IMG/VR virus record: IMGVR_UViG_2778261177_000004
Coordinates: 1 to 45,510 of that record
Length of the DNA: 45,510 bases
Direction: 5' to 3' (one strand)
Origin: a virus
Taxonomy: Duplodnaviria; Heunggongvirae; Uroviricota; Caudoviricetes
Shown here: piece after piece, positions 1 to 11,400 of the stretch
Numbering within the stretch: position 1 is the first letter of the stretch
Layout: every line of letters starts with the position of its first letter
The notes under the pieces: generated by a model
Told to the model about the DNA's origin: nothing
The model's input: only the letters and a program-made list of their open reading frames with translations
The model's database searches: none
Position numbers and translations under genes: made by a program

Positions 1-266
1 AACGTTCTCATGATGAACTGGTAGCTGACGCTGAACAGAAAAAACAGTCGCTGATTGATACCGCAATGGCTTCCATTAGTTTTATTCAACTGAAATTACA
101 GGCCGGGCGGAATCTTACGCAGGCTGAAACCACCCGACTTAACACTGTGATGGATTATATCGATGAACTGAATGCTCTTGATTTTACTGGCATTGCAGAC
201 AATATAGACGTTGATGCGATTGTCTGGCCCACAATTCCCGACGAAGACAAAAACGTTGAAATGTGA
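1..266 (+). CDS. tail fiber assembly protein, C-terminal fragment (5'-partial; alternative U'-like copy)
   Basis: ORF is open from the window edge (frame of nt 3) to the stop at 264-266. Its C-terminus (...DVDAIVWPTIP) parallels the C-terminus (...DADISWPEMP) of the convergent Tfa at 485-907. A hairpin plus T-run follows. Confidence 0.5.
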   Translation, partial: RSHDELVADAEQKKQSLIDTAMASISFIQLKLQAGRNLTQAETTRLNTVMDYIDELNALDFTGIADNIDVDAIVWPTIPDEDKNVEM

Positions 267-336
267 GACTTCAAAAGCGTCATTCAGTGAATATAATACC
301 GACTCTCTCAGATACTACTAACTGGGTATTCATTAT

Positions 337-370
337 GCCCGCCGTCATTGACTAGACGGCGGGCTTTTTT
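337..370 (+). terminator. rho-independent terminator (GC stem gcccgccgtc/gacggcgggc followed by TTTTTT)
   Basis: Perfect 10-bp GC-rich inverted repeat with an 8-nt loop and a T6 run, immediately after the partial plus-strand CDS. Confidence 0.55.
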
Positions 371-484
371 GTACCGAAGGACCGCATTGCTCAAAAAATC
401 ACAAAACCGCACGCTAATGAAGCCCTCAACAAAAGAGGGCTTGAAATATCAAAAAAGCAGTGCTGATTGGATTGTTATGATTGT

Positions 485-907
485 TTATGCAGGCATCTCA
501 GGCCATGAGATATCTGCATCAACAGAAGTGTCAACTCTATTAAGAAGAACTCTATACCTCTTTAACTTTGTCAACATTTCTATTTCCTCATCAGTGGCAA
601 TATCCATATCAACAGCATCCTGAAGCGTTGATATTTTTATGCTCACATCATTAATAAGACTACTTTTGGTGTTTTCAGCAATGCTGACTCTATCCTCTAA
701 GCTCATAGGTTGTGGGTCAGATAACATTGGATAACCATCGCCATTTGCAATTATTATTTTCCCATTGCCATACCCTGATAACAATTCATCATATAAGTCA
801 TCAGGTATATGTACAGCATCTGACGGCCATGAACCGTTTTTATCGTAATCTTCTTTTAGTCTATCGTCGTAGAAACCACCAGTATCTTTGCTGTAATACT
901 TTGCCAT
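485..907 (-). CDS. tail fiber assembly protein (Tfa / P1 U-like chaperone)
   Basis: 140-aa ORF directly downstream of the tail fiber gene. N-terminus MAKYYSKDTGGFYDD and C-terminus ...LLNRVDTSVDADISWPEMPA are typical of Tfa-family chaperones, and the position matches. Confidence 0.7.
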   Translation of the reverse strand: MAKYYSKDTGGFYDDRLKEDYDKNGSWPSDAVHIPDDLYDELLSGYGNGKIIIANGDGYPMLSDPQPMSLEDRVSIAENTKSSLINDVSIKISTLQDAVDMDIATDEEIEMLTKLKRYRVLLNRVDTSVDADISWPEMPA

Positions 908-938
908 TTAAAAGCCTTCATTCTAATTAACTATATTT

Positions 939-3900
939 TTAATACCCATAAGCAACATACTGTGCATATACTTTATCAGTGGAGCTACTTTTTACTGTAA
1001 AACCAGTGGCTGAGTTGTTGTATGTATAAAGAATTGCATTAACAGCATTCCCGCTATTAGGTGAAATCACAACTACCGCACACGCCTCAGGAAAAGCAGT
1101 CGGAAATTTAACTACGCTTCCTGGAGTAACAGCCGCTATAATACCCCACTGCATCATCACCTTAGTTGATGTATCCTTATGCCATCCATGAATGTTGGCA
1201 TATGCTGTGTTTTTAGCCTGATATTTCGTGTTGAAATTACTATAGTTACCAGGGGTAATCTGACCAGCGGCAGATAAATTCCCCATAACCCTTACATGGC
1301 CATCAGCACGTCCTAATTCTACGCGACCATCACCGCCATCTATCTTTAATGGAGTGTAAACGACATCACCATTAACATTTTGCCCAGTGGTTGATATCTG
1401 GAAACTATATCCAGTATTAGTTATTAGGAATCCATAGTTATTATTATAAGTTAGGCGTATAGCATTTTGGCTGCTGGATATAATTTCACCGGTAACAGTA
1501 CCACCTGTTGTTGGTAACGCACCAACATGACTTGCCGTTAATGTGATATCTGCAGAACCATCAAAAGCCACGCCACTTATTTTTCTGGCAGTTTTTAACT
1601 TTGTAGCTGTAGCTGCATTGCCACTTGTATTTTGATTCCCGGCAATATTAACGCCCGGAAGATTGATGTTTGCTGAACCATCAAACGAAACCCCGCCTAT
1701 TGTGCGTGCTGTTTGCAGTTTTGTGGCAGTTGCAGCATTGCCGGTAGTGCTCTGATTGCCTGTTTTATTCACGCCCGGCAGGTCGATGTTTGCGGTGCCA
1801 TTAAATGAAACGCCACCAATGGTTCTTGCCGTTTGTAATTTCGTTGCAGACGCCGCGTTTCCAGTTGTGTTCTGGTTGCCTGTTGTATTTACACCAGGGA
1901 TGGAATCCTTCGATGTGTAGACCTGCGCCCACTCAGACCATGCAGCATCTGTTGAATCCCTGCGAGAGCGAATGAAAGCCGGTGCATGAGCACCACTAGT
2001 CCCACTCCAGCCAATGAGCAGCTCACCTTCACCAACGGCAGTAGATCCCTTCAGGTGAAGTAGATTCCCGTAAGTCGTGGGGTAACCATTGTTGTACACC
2101 TCATACATCTGCAATCCAGTGGTAGCACCTTGCGTTGTGCTGGTAAGCGCAGTAACACGCCCTCTGGACGTAATTGTTGGTATCGAAATGTTCGCAGAAC
2201 CATCAAACTTAACACCGTTGATTGTGCGGGCTGTTTGCAGTTTTGTAGCGGTTGCAGCATTACCTGTTGTGTTCTGGTTACCGGCAATGTTCACACCCGG
2301 CAGGTTGATATTGGCGGTGCCATCAAATGCCACCCCGCCGATTGTGCGTGCCGTCTGAAGTTTCGTTGCGGTTGCAGCATTACCGGTTGTGCTCTGATTA
2401 CCTGTTTTATTTACGCCTGGAAGATCGATATTGGCACTACCATCGAATGACACTCCGCCTATTGTGCGTGCTGTTTGCAGTTTTGTGGCAGTTGCAGCAT
2501 TGCCGGTAGTGCTCTGATTGCCTGTTTTATTCACGCCCGGCAGGTCGATGTTTGCGGTGCCATTAAATGAAACGCCACCAATGGTTCTTGCCGTTTGTAA
2601 TTTCGTTGCAGACGCCGCGTTTCCAGTTGTGTTCTGGTTGCCTGTTGTATTTACACCAGGGATGGAATCCTTCGATGTGTAGACCTGCGCCCACTCAGAC
2701 CATGCAGCATCTGTTGAATCCCTGCGAGAGCGAATGAAAGCCGGTGCATGAGCACCACTAGTCCCACTCCAGCCAATGAGCAGCTCACCTTCACCAACGG
2801 CAGTAGATCCCTTCAGGTGAAGTAGATTCCCGTAAGTCGTGGGGTAACCATTGTTGTACACCTCATACATCTGCAATCCAGTGGTAGCACCTTGCGTTGT
2901 GCTGGTAAGCGCAGTAACACGCCCTCTGGACGTAATTGTTGGTATCGAAATGTTCGCAGAACCATCAAACTTAACACCGTTGATTGTGCGGGCTGTTTGC
3001 AGTTTTGTAGCGGTTGCAGCATTACCTGTTGTGTTCTGGTTACCGGCAATGTTCACACCCGGCAGGTTGATATTAGCGGTGCCATCAAACGCCACTCCGC
3101 CAATTGTGCGTGCCGTTTGAAGTTTCGTTGCGGTTGCAGCATTGCCAGTAGTGCTCTGATTACCTGTTTTATTAACGCCCGGCAGGTCGATATTGGCGGT
3201 GCCATCAAATGCCACCCCGCCGATTGTGCGGGCTGTCTGAAGTTTCGTTGCGGTTGCGGCATTGCCGCTTGTGTTCTGGTTACCAGCAACGTTCACGCCT
3301 GGCAGGTTGATATCTGCCGAACCGTCAAATGCCACCCCGCCGATCTTGCGAGACGCCTGAAGTTTCGTTGCGGTTGCAGCATTACCGGTTGTGCTCTGAT
3401 TGCCTGCTTTATTCACGCCCGGCAGGTCGATATTGGCGGTGCCATCAAATGACACTCCGCCGATCGTTCGAGCTGTCTTGAGCTTTGTGGCAGTATCGGC
3501 GTTCCCGGTCAGCGTACCAGTAATCCCACCGCCAACTTTTACGCCGTTACCGATGGACACCAACCCAGTTCTTAAGTTTATAGAAAATGGTCTTAATGGC
3601 CCGATGTCACCATTTTCACCCTCCCCTTCATTTGTCGGGATAAGATGAAGATATTCCTCGGATCTCCTGAAGATAAGGCCAAAGGCCTGGTTAAATATTC
3701 GAAGGGCATTTATTGTGCCAATTTTTAGCTGCCCCCCCATTGTGTCGCCAGAACGCTGAACTGCGTTACCAGCTTGAGAAGCAATATCCGTTAAGCCAAG
3801 ATCTTCAGGGGTAAGAGTAATATCTGCCGAACCGTCAAATGCCACCCCGTTAATCTTTCTGGCTGTTTTTAATTTCGTCGCGGTATCGGCGTTCCCGGTC

Positions 3901-5210
3901 AGCGTACCAGTGATCCCCGCGCTGAAAGTCTGGCGTGCATTCCATGTGTTAGCCGTGCTCAACAGGGGGATTTTTTCACCGCTGGTACCGAGTTCTCTTA
4001 AACCAAGGTATTGGATAACAGCCAGAGTGCTTGTTTTAGCCAGAATATCGCGACCGACTGACGTTAAATCAGTCTGGGCTACAGTGTCTGTTCCGGTAAA
4101 GTACGGTAATTTATTTGCTCCCGTCGCCAGGCCAGCGAGCGCGGTTAAGGTTGCGTCGAGAGGCTGCTTACCTGCCAGGGCATTTGTCATTGTAGTCGCA
4201 AAGTTCGGGTCATTGCCCAGTGCTGCGGCAAGCTCATTCAGGGTATCAAGAGCTTCTGGTGATGAGCCGACCAATGCAGAAATAGCGGCACGAACATAAG
4301 CGGTTGTTGCAATCTGAGTGTTGTTCGTACCTTGTGACGCCGTAGGAGCTGTTGGAACCCCCGTAAATGCCGGGCTTAATAACGGCGCTTTAAGAGCTAA
4401 CGCATCATTAATCGTCTGGCTAAACTGGGGATCATTGTTTATTGCATCTGCAATTTTTTTCAGCGTATCCAACGCTGAAGGAGAACCATCAATAAGGGCG
4501 GTTATTGCGGCCTGAACAAAGGCAGTGTTTGCGATTTGTGTACTGTTTGTACCTTGTTCCGGAGTTGGAGATTTAGGTATACCAATAAACTCCGGGCTAT
4601 CAACCGGAGCTTTTAGTTTGTTTAACGTGCTGATAGCAAGAGGTGTTGCGGCTTTATATTCTTCGTCACTATCCAAAGCACTGGAAAACTCAACACCAAC
4701 AGCACGATTAGCACGATATTCAGTGCTAATCATATCTGCGGTAACGGCTTGAGCATTGTCAGGCACGATCACGCGGCATAGCTCAATCTGGTTAGATGCT
4801 ATTTCCTCATCAACGAGAGCAATAATTCTCGCTGCGCTAATATCCGATGAACTATCTACCTGGCTGGTTTTCACTCCATGTTCGTAATTAGCTTCAAGAA
4901 CGATGATTGTCGTTACACCAGCTTCTACAGGAACAAGAACATCACTGACTTGCTGCACGGATATCTGACATTTACCCACGTCAATTGAAGCCGCCCCTCT
5001 TCCCTCTGTTTTCTCGGATGTAATCCGCACAAACAGACCATCCCCTGGCACCGGTTCAAACCCACAGTACACTCCGGGCAGAACGATATTTTTCATCTTC
5101 CTGTTTAGAGCTTCGGTGCTATACAGCTCAAAGTATTGCATGTCTGCAATTAGTGGAGCGGAAATGTCCGAAGATAAGGTGACAATATTCTTTACTTTAT
5201 CTGCGCACAT
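939..5210 (-). CDS. long tail fiber protein (P1 S-like), 1423 aa, with internal repeats
   Basis: Very long ORF with about 40-aa repeats ([28 protein letters not shown]...) typical of phage tail fibers. It sits between baseplate genes and the Tfa gene. Confidence 0.8.
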   Translation of the reverse strand: MCADKVKNIVTLSSDISAPLIADMQYFELYSTEALNRKMKNIVLPGVYCGFEPVPGDGLFVRITSEKTEGRGAASIDVGKCQISVQQVSDVLVPVEAGVTTIIVLEANYEHGVKTSQVDSSSDISAARIIALVDEEIASNQIELCRVIVPDNAQAVTADMISTEYRANRAVGVEFSSALDSDEEYKAATPLAISTLNKLKAPVDSPEFIGIPKSPTPEQGTNSTQIANTAFVQAAITALIDGSPSALDTLKKIADAINNDPQFSQTINDALALKAPLLSPAFTGVPTAPTASQGTNNTQIATTAYVRAAISALVGSSPEALDTLNELAAALGNDPNFATTMTNALAGKQPLDATLTALAGLATGANKLPYFTGTDTVAQTDLTSVGRDILAKTSTLAVIQYLGLRELGTSGEKIPLLSTANTWNARQTFSAGITGTLTGNADTATKLKTARKINGVAFDGSADITLTPEDLGLTDIASQAGNAVQRSGDTMGGQLKIGTINALRIFNQAFGLIFRRSEEYLHLIPTNEGEGENGDIGPLRPFSINLRTGLVSIGNGVKVGGGITGTLTGNADTATKLKTARTIGGVSFDGTANIDLPGVNKAGNQSTTGNAATATKLQASRKIGGVAFDGSADINLPGVNVAGNQNTSGNAATATKLQTARTIGGVAFDGTANIDLPGVNKTGNQSTTGNAATATKLQTARTIGGVAFDGTANINLPGVNIAGNQNTTGNAATATKLQTARTINGVKFDGSANISIPTITSRGRVTALTSTTQGATTGLQMYEVYNNGYPTTYGNLLHLKGSTAVGEGELLIGWSGTSGAHAPAFIRSRRDSTDAAWSEWAQVYTSKDSIPGVNTTGNQNTTGNAASATKLQTARTIGGVSFNGTANIDLPGVNKTGNQSTTGNAATATKLQTARTIGGVSFDGSANIDLPGVNKTGNQSTTGNAATATKLQTARTIGGVAFDGTANINLPGVNIAGNQNTTGNAATATKLQTARTINGVKFDGSANISIPTITSRGRVTALTSTTQGATTGLQMYEVYNNGYPTTYGNLLHLKGSTAVGEGELLIGWSGTSGAHAPAFIRSRRDSTDAAWSEWAQVYTSKDSIPGVNTTGNQNTTGNAASATKLQTARTIGGVSFNGTANIDLPGVNKTGNQSTTGNAATATKLQTARTIGGVSFDGSANINLPGVNIAGNQNTSGNAATATKLKTARKISGVAFDGSADITLTASHVGALPTTGGTVTGEIISSSQNAIRLTYNNNYGFLITNTGYSFQISTTGQNVNGDVVYTPLKIDGGDGRVELGRADGHVRVMGNLSAAGQITPGNYSNFNTKYQAKNTAYANIHGWHKDTSTKVMMQWGIIAAVTPGSVVKFPTAFPEACAVVVISPNSGNAVNAILYTYNNSATGFTVKSSSTDKVYAQYVAYGY
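1693..3074 (-). repeat. tandem direct duplication of a 762-bp unit (copy A about 1693-2312, copy B about 2455-3074), embedded in a roughly 120-bp periodic repeat array spanning about 1560-3500
   Basis: Same sequence found at offset 762 (e.g. ccggtagtgctctgattgcc at 1741 and 2503); identical overlapping ORFs at 2051..2287 and 2813..3049 in the supplied track; a 254-aa block occurs twice in the tail fiber protein. Confidence 0.85.
3993..4018. other. candidate site-specific invertase crossover site (hix/gix/cix-like 26-bp site) inside the tail fiber gene
   Basis: ttctcttaaaccaaggtattggataa matches hixL (TTCTTGAAAACCAAGGTTTTTGATAA, recalled from memory) at 21 of 26 positions including the AAACCAAGGT core. 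One half-site, TTATCCAATACC, is close to the Din-family consensus. Confidence 0.4.
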
Positions 5211-5212
5211 AA

Positions 5213-5659
5213 TTATCCCTCGACCTGTTCAATGGTCATGAGCAAGCTGTATCGCTTACCTTTGAATAAGGTGTCCTGTTGAGTGCAAACAACCCCAAAA
5301 GCCTGATCCTCTGCATCTACGAGAACCAGCGTATTGAAATCGTAAGGTGTATCGTCCGGCATCGTTTCTTGTGGAAAAGCGGCATTAATCGTAATGACAC
5401 CATCGAGGCTGGAAAGAATGAGATTGGATTCAGCAAAATGCTGTGCATCACTTAACTTGAAGTCGAGCGGAATATCAGAAATAGTCCAGCCACCAGCACT
5501 ATTTACCGTCACAAGATCTGACTTGCACCAATAAGCCTTTGTCATAACAAAACGCTCACCCCTGCCGATTGCAGACTCTGCACGGCGAGAGTAGTAGTAA
5601 GAAAGGAGTTGCGCCTTGTAAATACTTGAATCGCTTTGAGATTTTAAAGTTTCAGCCAT
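5213..5659 (-). CDS. tail fiber-associated / baseplate protein (position of P1 R), function uncertain
   Basis: 148-aa ORF whose stop abuts the tail fiber start; assignment by synteny only. Confidence 0.4.
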   Translation of the reverse strand: MAETLKSQSDSSIYKAQLLSYYYSRRAESAIGRGERFVMTKAYWCKSDLVTVNSAGGWTISDIPLDFKLSDAQHFAESNLILSSLDGVITINAAFPQETMPDDTPYDFNTLVLVDAEDQAFGVVCTQQDTLFKGKRYSLLMTIEQVEG

Positions 5660-5775
5660 AAGAACATAGCCCCTTTAACAAGCAATAAATCGAAGGGCAG
5701 TATGTTCAGTTTGTGATTTCCGGTGGTCTTCTGTTTTAAGAAATGGCCCCACCCAGTTTGGCGGGGCCTGGTTTG

Positions 5776-6618
5776 CTAAGGTGCAAAATTATAATCCAGC
5801 GCCCAGGCGTCGAGCGGGAGTTCATCGAGATGAAGCACTCTTTCCGTCGTCCGGTCTGGCCTTCCTGCGAACTGGATGCCGTCTAATTGAATGATCGTAT
5901 CGCTAATAGATAGTTCATCGACCATCTCTTGCGTCGTGTACACCCCCTCAATAAAGGACACTTCCGCAGATAAGCAATTCAAGATCTCCGCCATTTCCGG
6001 CAATGTTGCGCTCAACTGGAAAGAAACACCATCAAACACGATATGCAATGGCAATAGCGGCGCAATAACCGTATCAAAATCTGCAAGTAGCTTCTGTACA
6101 GCAACGTCTCTGTCCTCACCATCATAAGCTCGATACAGCTTATTTTGGTTGACGACAACCAGCCCTCTGGATGTCAGAAAAAACTCACCATATTGTGCCT
6201 GAGCGGTCGGTATTTCATTTGCAGTCGCGAAGAATGAACCATAGGGATGTTTTTCTGTATCGACAGGCGCATACAAAGGTTCCCATGAGACGGGGATTGT
6301 GCCAAATTCACGCCAGAACGTTTGCTCTATCGGCCTTACTGTTCCTTTGAAGTGCACCTCATCCAGTCGTTGAGCTAATAGCATTGGCCTGCGTGTTTTG
6401 TCCGTTTCTGTGATAACAAAGAAACGACCATATTCAGCAATGCGAGTGTCCATATCCTCGCTTGCCATTGTGAAAAACGATTTACGGTTGCTTATTCGCG
6501 TGAGAATAGGTTCAACCGATTCATTCCACACGTCCTGAATCGTATCAACAAAGGCGGCCCACAATTTAGAATCCTGTTTAAATTGCGTCAGACGCTCTTT
6601 TAGCCAGTTATTCTGCAT
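5776..6618 (-). CDS. baseplate protein (gpI / P1 gene 16-like position)
   Basis: 280-aa ORF between the gpJ-like gene and the tail fiber region; assignment by synteny only. Confidence 0.4.
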   Translation of the reverse strand: MQNNWLKERLTQFKQDSKLWAAFVDTIQDVWNESVEPILTRISNRKSFFTMASEDMDTRIAEYGRFFVITETDKTRRPMLLAQRLDEVHFKGTVRPIEQTFWREFGTIPVSWEPLYAPVDTEKHPYGSFFATANEIPTAQAQYGEFFLTSRGLVVVNQNKLYRAYDGEDRDVAVQKLLADFDTVIAPLLPLHIVFDGVSFQLSATLPEMAEILNCLSAEVSFIEGVYTTQEMVDELSISDTIIQLDGIQFAGRPDRTTERVLHLDELPLDAWALDYNFAP

Positions 6619-6627
6619 TGTGACCTC

Positions 6628-8058
6628 TTACGGATAGGTTATGCTGAACGTTGATGATTCCACGTCCAGATAAACAAAATCATTAAAGTACACAGCTTCT
6701 TTCATGTTCTGCGTAGCCACGTCATAAGACAGGAACATATCCAGCGATTCGATTACTCGCCAGATATCTTTTACTTTGACCTGTGCATAACATTGCTGTG
6801 AGTCGTCATCACTCTGCAATAGCTGGCTAAATGACATGGAGTCTTTACCGAAGTTCTCCTCCAGTGCCGCTTTAATTGCAGTTAGCGCGTCATCCACCAG
6901 CACACTCTTTTTTACGATACCGGTAAATTTGATGTTGAACGGCTGTTCATTGGTGGCGACGTATTCGAACTTCTTATTCAGCTCATTAGGGATACTCTCA
7001 AGGGCTGATAATATCTCTGTTTTCAGAGCTTCCTGTGTTACGCCGGGCTTATGCCCACAAAAGAAAATTTTGTTGATATTACGCACATCAAAGCCCGTTA
7101 TTTTCTCCTGTAGCGCCTCCCCCCACACGTTAAGCCATGACGTGCCACTGACCACGTTCTGAATGAACTGGCGGTAATCACCGCCCCAAACAACCTGCTC
7201 ATCGTAGGCCACATAATACTGCGCCCTGTTTCGGGTTTCCTCGGTAGTTTCCATGCCACCACCGCCAGAAATGATCGAATCGGTTTTTACTTCCAGTGAT
7301 TCGACATACCCGGAGATGTTCCCTGCTGGTTCAAGTTTCTGGCCTTCAGCCAGCGTGTAATCACCGAGGCTTGCCATAATATCAATGCGTACCTGACTCC
7401 CTGCCGCTGGCATCATCCCCATTGATCCATCACCGAAGCGCACGCCGATCTGTTCTGTCGGCTTATAAACCAACACATAATGTTTACTGTTATCCCTGGA
7501 CATGCGGAATAGGGGGTTATGTGTCCATTTTTCCTCGACACCATTAGTTATCACGACAACTTCCAGGCTGGCGACTTCTGCTGTTAACTCACGGGAAAGT
7601 AACAACGTCAGGAATGGTGTTTCTTGCACCACGTCGAACGTTATGCTGACTGCTTCATGCTGTTTTACTTCTATTCCGGATACTGTTTCACCAGCAGGGA
7701 TAACAACACTACTGCTGGTTGCAATTGGTGTCTGGTCACTTGTCAGTAATTCAGCCCCTCCGGGTAGCGTAATATCCCTGTCGGTTTTGTTGGTGATGGA
7801 AACAGTGCCGTATGACGCATCGACCAAACGACCGACATAGCCACGGTCTTCCGCTGCCGCGAGAATACTTGCTCTGCGCGTCGCGGTGGAAATGAATCCT
7901 TCTGTAAGTGCACGGCTTGCAAATGTACGCGCAATATAAACAATCTGCGCGCCCAAAACGGACTGCATTTGAATAAACTGGCTGTTTACAAATCGCGCCC
8001 ACCAGGGGTTTTCGTTCAGCTTGGCATTAAACTTGTCCAGTAATTCGGTAATACTCAC
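6628..8058 (-). CDS. baseplate wedge protein (gpJ / gp6-like; P1 bplA position)
   Basis: 476-aa ORF immediately downstream of, and overlapping, the gp25-like gene, as in P2 W-J and T4 25-6 arrangements. Confidence 0.5.
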   Translation of the reverse strand: MSITELLDKFNAKLNENPWWARFVNSQFIQMQSVLGAQIVYIARTFASRALTEGFISTATRRASILAAAEDRGYVGRLVDASYGTVSITNKTDRDITLPGGAELLTSDQTPIATSSSVVIPAGETVSGIEVKQHEAVSITFDVVQETPFLTLLLSRELTAEVASLEVVVITNGVEEKWTHNPLFRMSRDNSKHYVLVYKPTEQIGVRFGDGSMGMMPAAGSQVRIDIMASLGDYTLAEGQKLEPAGNISGYVESLEVKTDSIISGGGGMETTEETRNRAQYYVAYDEQVVWGGDYRQFIQNVVSGTSWLNVWGEALQEKITGFDVRNINKIFFCGHKPGVTQEALKTEILSALESIPNELNKKFEYVATNEQPFNIKFTGIVKKSVLVDDALTAIKAALEENFGKDSMSFSQLLQSDDDSQQCYAQVKVKDIWRVIESLDMFLSYDVATQNMKEAVYFNDFVYLDVESSTFSITYP

Positions 8059-8429
8059 GCTGTATCTCCGCTATCTTTCTGCATAACAACATTCACGGTG
8101 CCTCCTTTTGCCTGGAAGCTAATTAGTAACTGGTCTTCAGAGACAGTCGCGCAGCGGATCGCCTGGAGTCCAAGCCCTGGTAAGTCCTGCTGTAGCTTCG
8201 TCATCATTCGCGCTTCAATCGCCACTTCAACAATGTGTGACGTATCAGAACCGAAGGGTTCGTGTTTGAACTCCTCCATCGGATTCCCCCATGACGGCAA
8301 TCCGTAAACGCTGCCATTTGGTGTCCGTAGCCATTCATCGAGTCGGGCTATCCAGGCGTTTGTGTCGCCTTCAGCGATCACCACCCCGCTCTCGTTTGTC
8401 TGAAGGCGGGCATCAATCTCATAAAGCAT
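8055..8429 (-). CDS. baseplate wedge subunit, GPW/gp25-like
   Basis: 124-aa protein with the motif WLRTPNGSVYGLPSWGN, which resembles the conserved LRTPxGSR...YGS core of the GPW/gp25 family. Confidence 0.55.
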   Translation of the reverse strand: MLYEIDARLQTNESGVVIAEGDTNAWIARLDEWLRTPNGSVYGLPSWGNPMEEFKHEPFGSDTSHIVEVAIEARMMTKLQQDLPGLGLQAIRCATVSEDQLLISFQAKGGTVNVVMQKDSGDTA

Positions 8430-8434
8430 CGGTC

Positions 8435-11400
8435 TTAATCCTCCAGTAATTTGTCAAGAGATGGGTCATTGATAGTCGTGCTGGCACGCTGACGAGGTTG
8501 TGGTTGTGATGTGTTCACAACTTTGTCCTGATCGCCTTTGCGGTTGTCTTTGCTTACGCCAAGAATCTCTTTGAGAACGGAATAAACGTTCTCCAGTGCT
8601 TTCAACATAGCCGGATCGTTATTTGCGGTATCTGTTGTTAGCATCTGCCTTATTCCGCTTCGTGCGAGGTCTGTGACGGTTGGTAGCTGAGGAGGCATTG
8701 CAAGGAACGGTTCTTTAGCAGCCACGCCCGAAGCAAACAGGCTTTGATTGATTGCGCCAGTCGTGTCCCTGATCGTATCCGCCGTTTTCTGTATGCCACC
8801 ATTCAGCCAGCCGCCAACACTTCTTGTTAACGGACTAATAGCGCGAGCAACATCGGTATTCTGTCCAGAGGACTGCAATACAAAGTCATTTAACATTCCG
8901 GTGCTATCGATACCGCCAACAAGTCGCGAGAGGTTATCTCCAACGGCGGGGAGGACGGCGGAGCCTACCTGTTTAAGCCCTGACACCGTTGAATCAAATA
9001 GCGAGCCAAAGAAGCCCCTGTCCTCACCTTCAACCACCTTGTAGCCGTTGTCGTAAATCTGCACACCCGCCGGTGTCGATGTGGCACGCTTCCCGCTGAT
9101 GGTTGCCGGACTCTCCGGAAGCAGGTCAATGGTTTCTGTATCGCGGTTAACGTTGCGCTTTTGCTGTATAGCCGTAGTGATATCGGCGATCTGTTCCGCC
9201 TTCTGGAAACTAAAGTTTTTGCCCGTTGCTCTGGATATTTTTTCAACAAGGAACTTATCCAATTGCTTGGCTTTTGCTGCTAACGAGGACATCTCTTCCG
9301 GAGAACTGACAGGGCCGAGATTTAGCCCCATATTGGGATCTCCCCCAACTATCCCGGCGATGACGCCCCCAACACCGTCTGCACTCATTAACCGATCCGT
9401 CAATCCGGCTGCGGCGGAAGAGTTGCCACTAGCTTTCGCGTGGCTGATCGCCTGGGCATTTTCCTGTTGAGCCGCCTTCGGTTTTTTAGCTGCCTGTGCG
9501 TGTTGAACCACATCAGTAGGGGTAGGCATTACAGCCTGGGCTACGCTTGACGCAGGAATAGCAGAAGATGAGCCGTTGGCGTATTTGACTTTGCTACCGA
9601 CACTATATTGGGAGTTGCGAGCGATTAGAGGACCGCCCTTTTCCTTCTGGATTTTATTAATGTGTTCCAGCGTTTCATCATTGAATTGCCCTTCCCAACG
9701 CCCAGTTTTAGCGTTGAATGAACCAAGAGCTGTTTTGATGAAATTGTTGTTAACCGCCGGGTTCCCCCCCTCCTTCGTCGCAATAGCGCGAACAAGGTGC
9801 GTCATAACTTCAGGGTTACTAACGTCTATTTTATCGTTGGGGGATACCCCTAGATATTTGCTGACGTTTTCAATGTACTGATTGGTGTTGTTCTCTGTTG
9901 GTGGTGCCCATTTTGAAATGATGCTGGATACTGTTTGCAGCTTCTGATACCCGGCGGCAGCACTTGTACCGTTGTAATAACTCGATACCTGGTTTGCCAA
10001 TGCCCGAATCCCTTCTTCGGGCGTATTAAACCGCGCAAAACGCTGTTCGCCTTTCGCGTTCGGCGCTTCCAGTACCGCCCCCTCCTGATTTGCAAAAACC
10101 AGGTTCCCCAGGTTGTTATTCCGGTAATTCCTGTTCTTGGCGTTGCTTCCGCCTATATTCAGATCAGCCGTTATTGTATTTTTTTCAGGCGCTTTAAATT
10201 CGTCTGGCGATTTGTAGCCGTGTTCACCCACGCCATCCTCACCTCTGCGCCCGCCCTGTAGCTGTCGGGCCAGATCATTAATTGCGGCTACCGTTTGCTT
10301 GGTGCCATCTTCAACGGCTTTCTTAACCTGCGCAGTGCCTTCGCTGCTTGATGAGAACGATTCTTTTAGGCTGCTGAATGCGTTCTTCGACGCGTCGATA
10401 GAACTATTTATGCCGCGAGCGATATTGCTGGTATCAAGACTCTGAAGTTTTTGTCCGACACCTTCAAAGCCTAGCGCGGACATCCCCTCGCCAATGAGGT
10501 TAGCCGCTCCCGTCACCAGACCGCCCATATCCAGGACGTTAGCAGCGGCGTAGGCGCTCTTTTGCTGTGTTGTAACGTCCTGCCCTTCCTTCAGGTTATA
10601 AGTCGCCCTCTGCGCTTCTGTGTCGCTGTAGCCGTCTACGGCATCATAACCAACCATAGCCACCTGGCCGATGACTGGAATCGCCCTGAATCCGGCCCTT
10701 GCGGCAACACCTCCGGCAGCTTTGAGAGCCACTTTTCCAGCTTCTTTTTTCGCGATGTTTTCACCAGTGGCAACGGCAACCTTACCCGCCTCTTTCCTGG
10801 TAAGGCTTTCCCCAGCGGAAGTTGCCGCTTTACCAGCGTCTTTCCCTGCCGCTCCACCAGCCGCCGTTTTGGCTACGCTTTCTTCAGTGACCTTACCTGC
10901 TCTGGTTTTAACTGAAGATTTATCACCCGATGATTTTGGTGAGGTACTACCCTCGTTCCCACCAGCATTTTTTGTCCGATTTTTTTCCTCGCCCGCACTG
11001 TTGTTTTTGCCTGGCTGATTTTTTTTCCCCTCTTTGCCTTCCTGACTCCTGCCCGTCTCAGTAGGTTTGCTGGTGTTTTTTCCCTTCTTGCCCTTGTTTT
11101 CTTTACTGTCTCCAGTGCGGCCCGTGTTGCCACCACGTGCACTGCTACGACCGCGTGTAGGGGATATTTTGGAACGTAATCTGCCACCGCCGAGGAGGTC
11201 GCTCAGTTTTAGCCCACTCTCCTGCGACTTTCGTAGTTTCCGGATCTCTTCGGATACAGTTTCCAGCTCATCAATTATCTGGCTGTCGTTGCGTTGAAGA
11301 ACTTTCGTTTGTTCTTCGATCGCACGTACAGATTTTTCTTTAACGGCTTCAGTAAATGCCTTTGCTGAACCGGGCGCGTTATCTGGAGTCTTCCTTTCAT

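Noticed and set aside
2089-3452. Plus-strand ORFs inside the tail fiber gene (2089..2358, 2130..2450, 2327..2509, 2851..3120, 2892..3452 and others)
   Set aside because: Antisense to a long, well-supported CDS; they arise from the repetitive in-frame structure. The duplicated ORFs simply mirror the 762-bp repeat.
1560-3500. Possible CRISPR array suggested by regularly spaced repeats
   Set aside because: The repeats are about 120-bp coding repeats within an intact 1423-aa ORF, with no short repeat/unique spacer alternation. The iterons near repA (13419-13536) are replication iterons, not CRISPR repeats.
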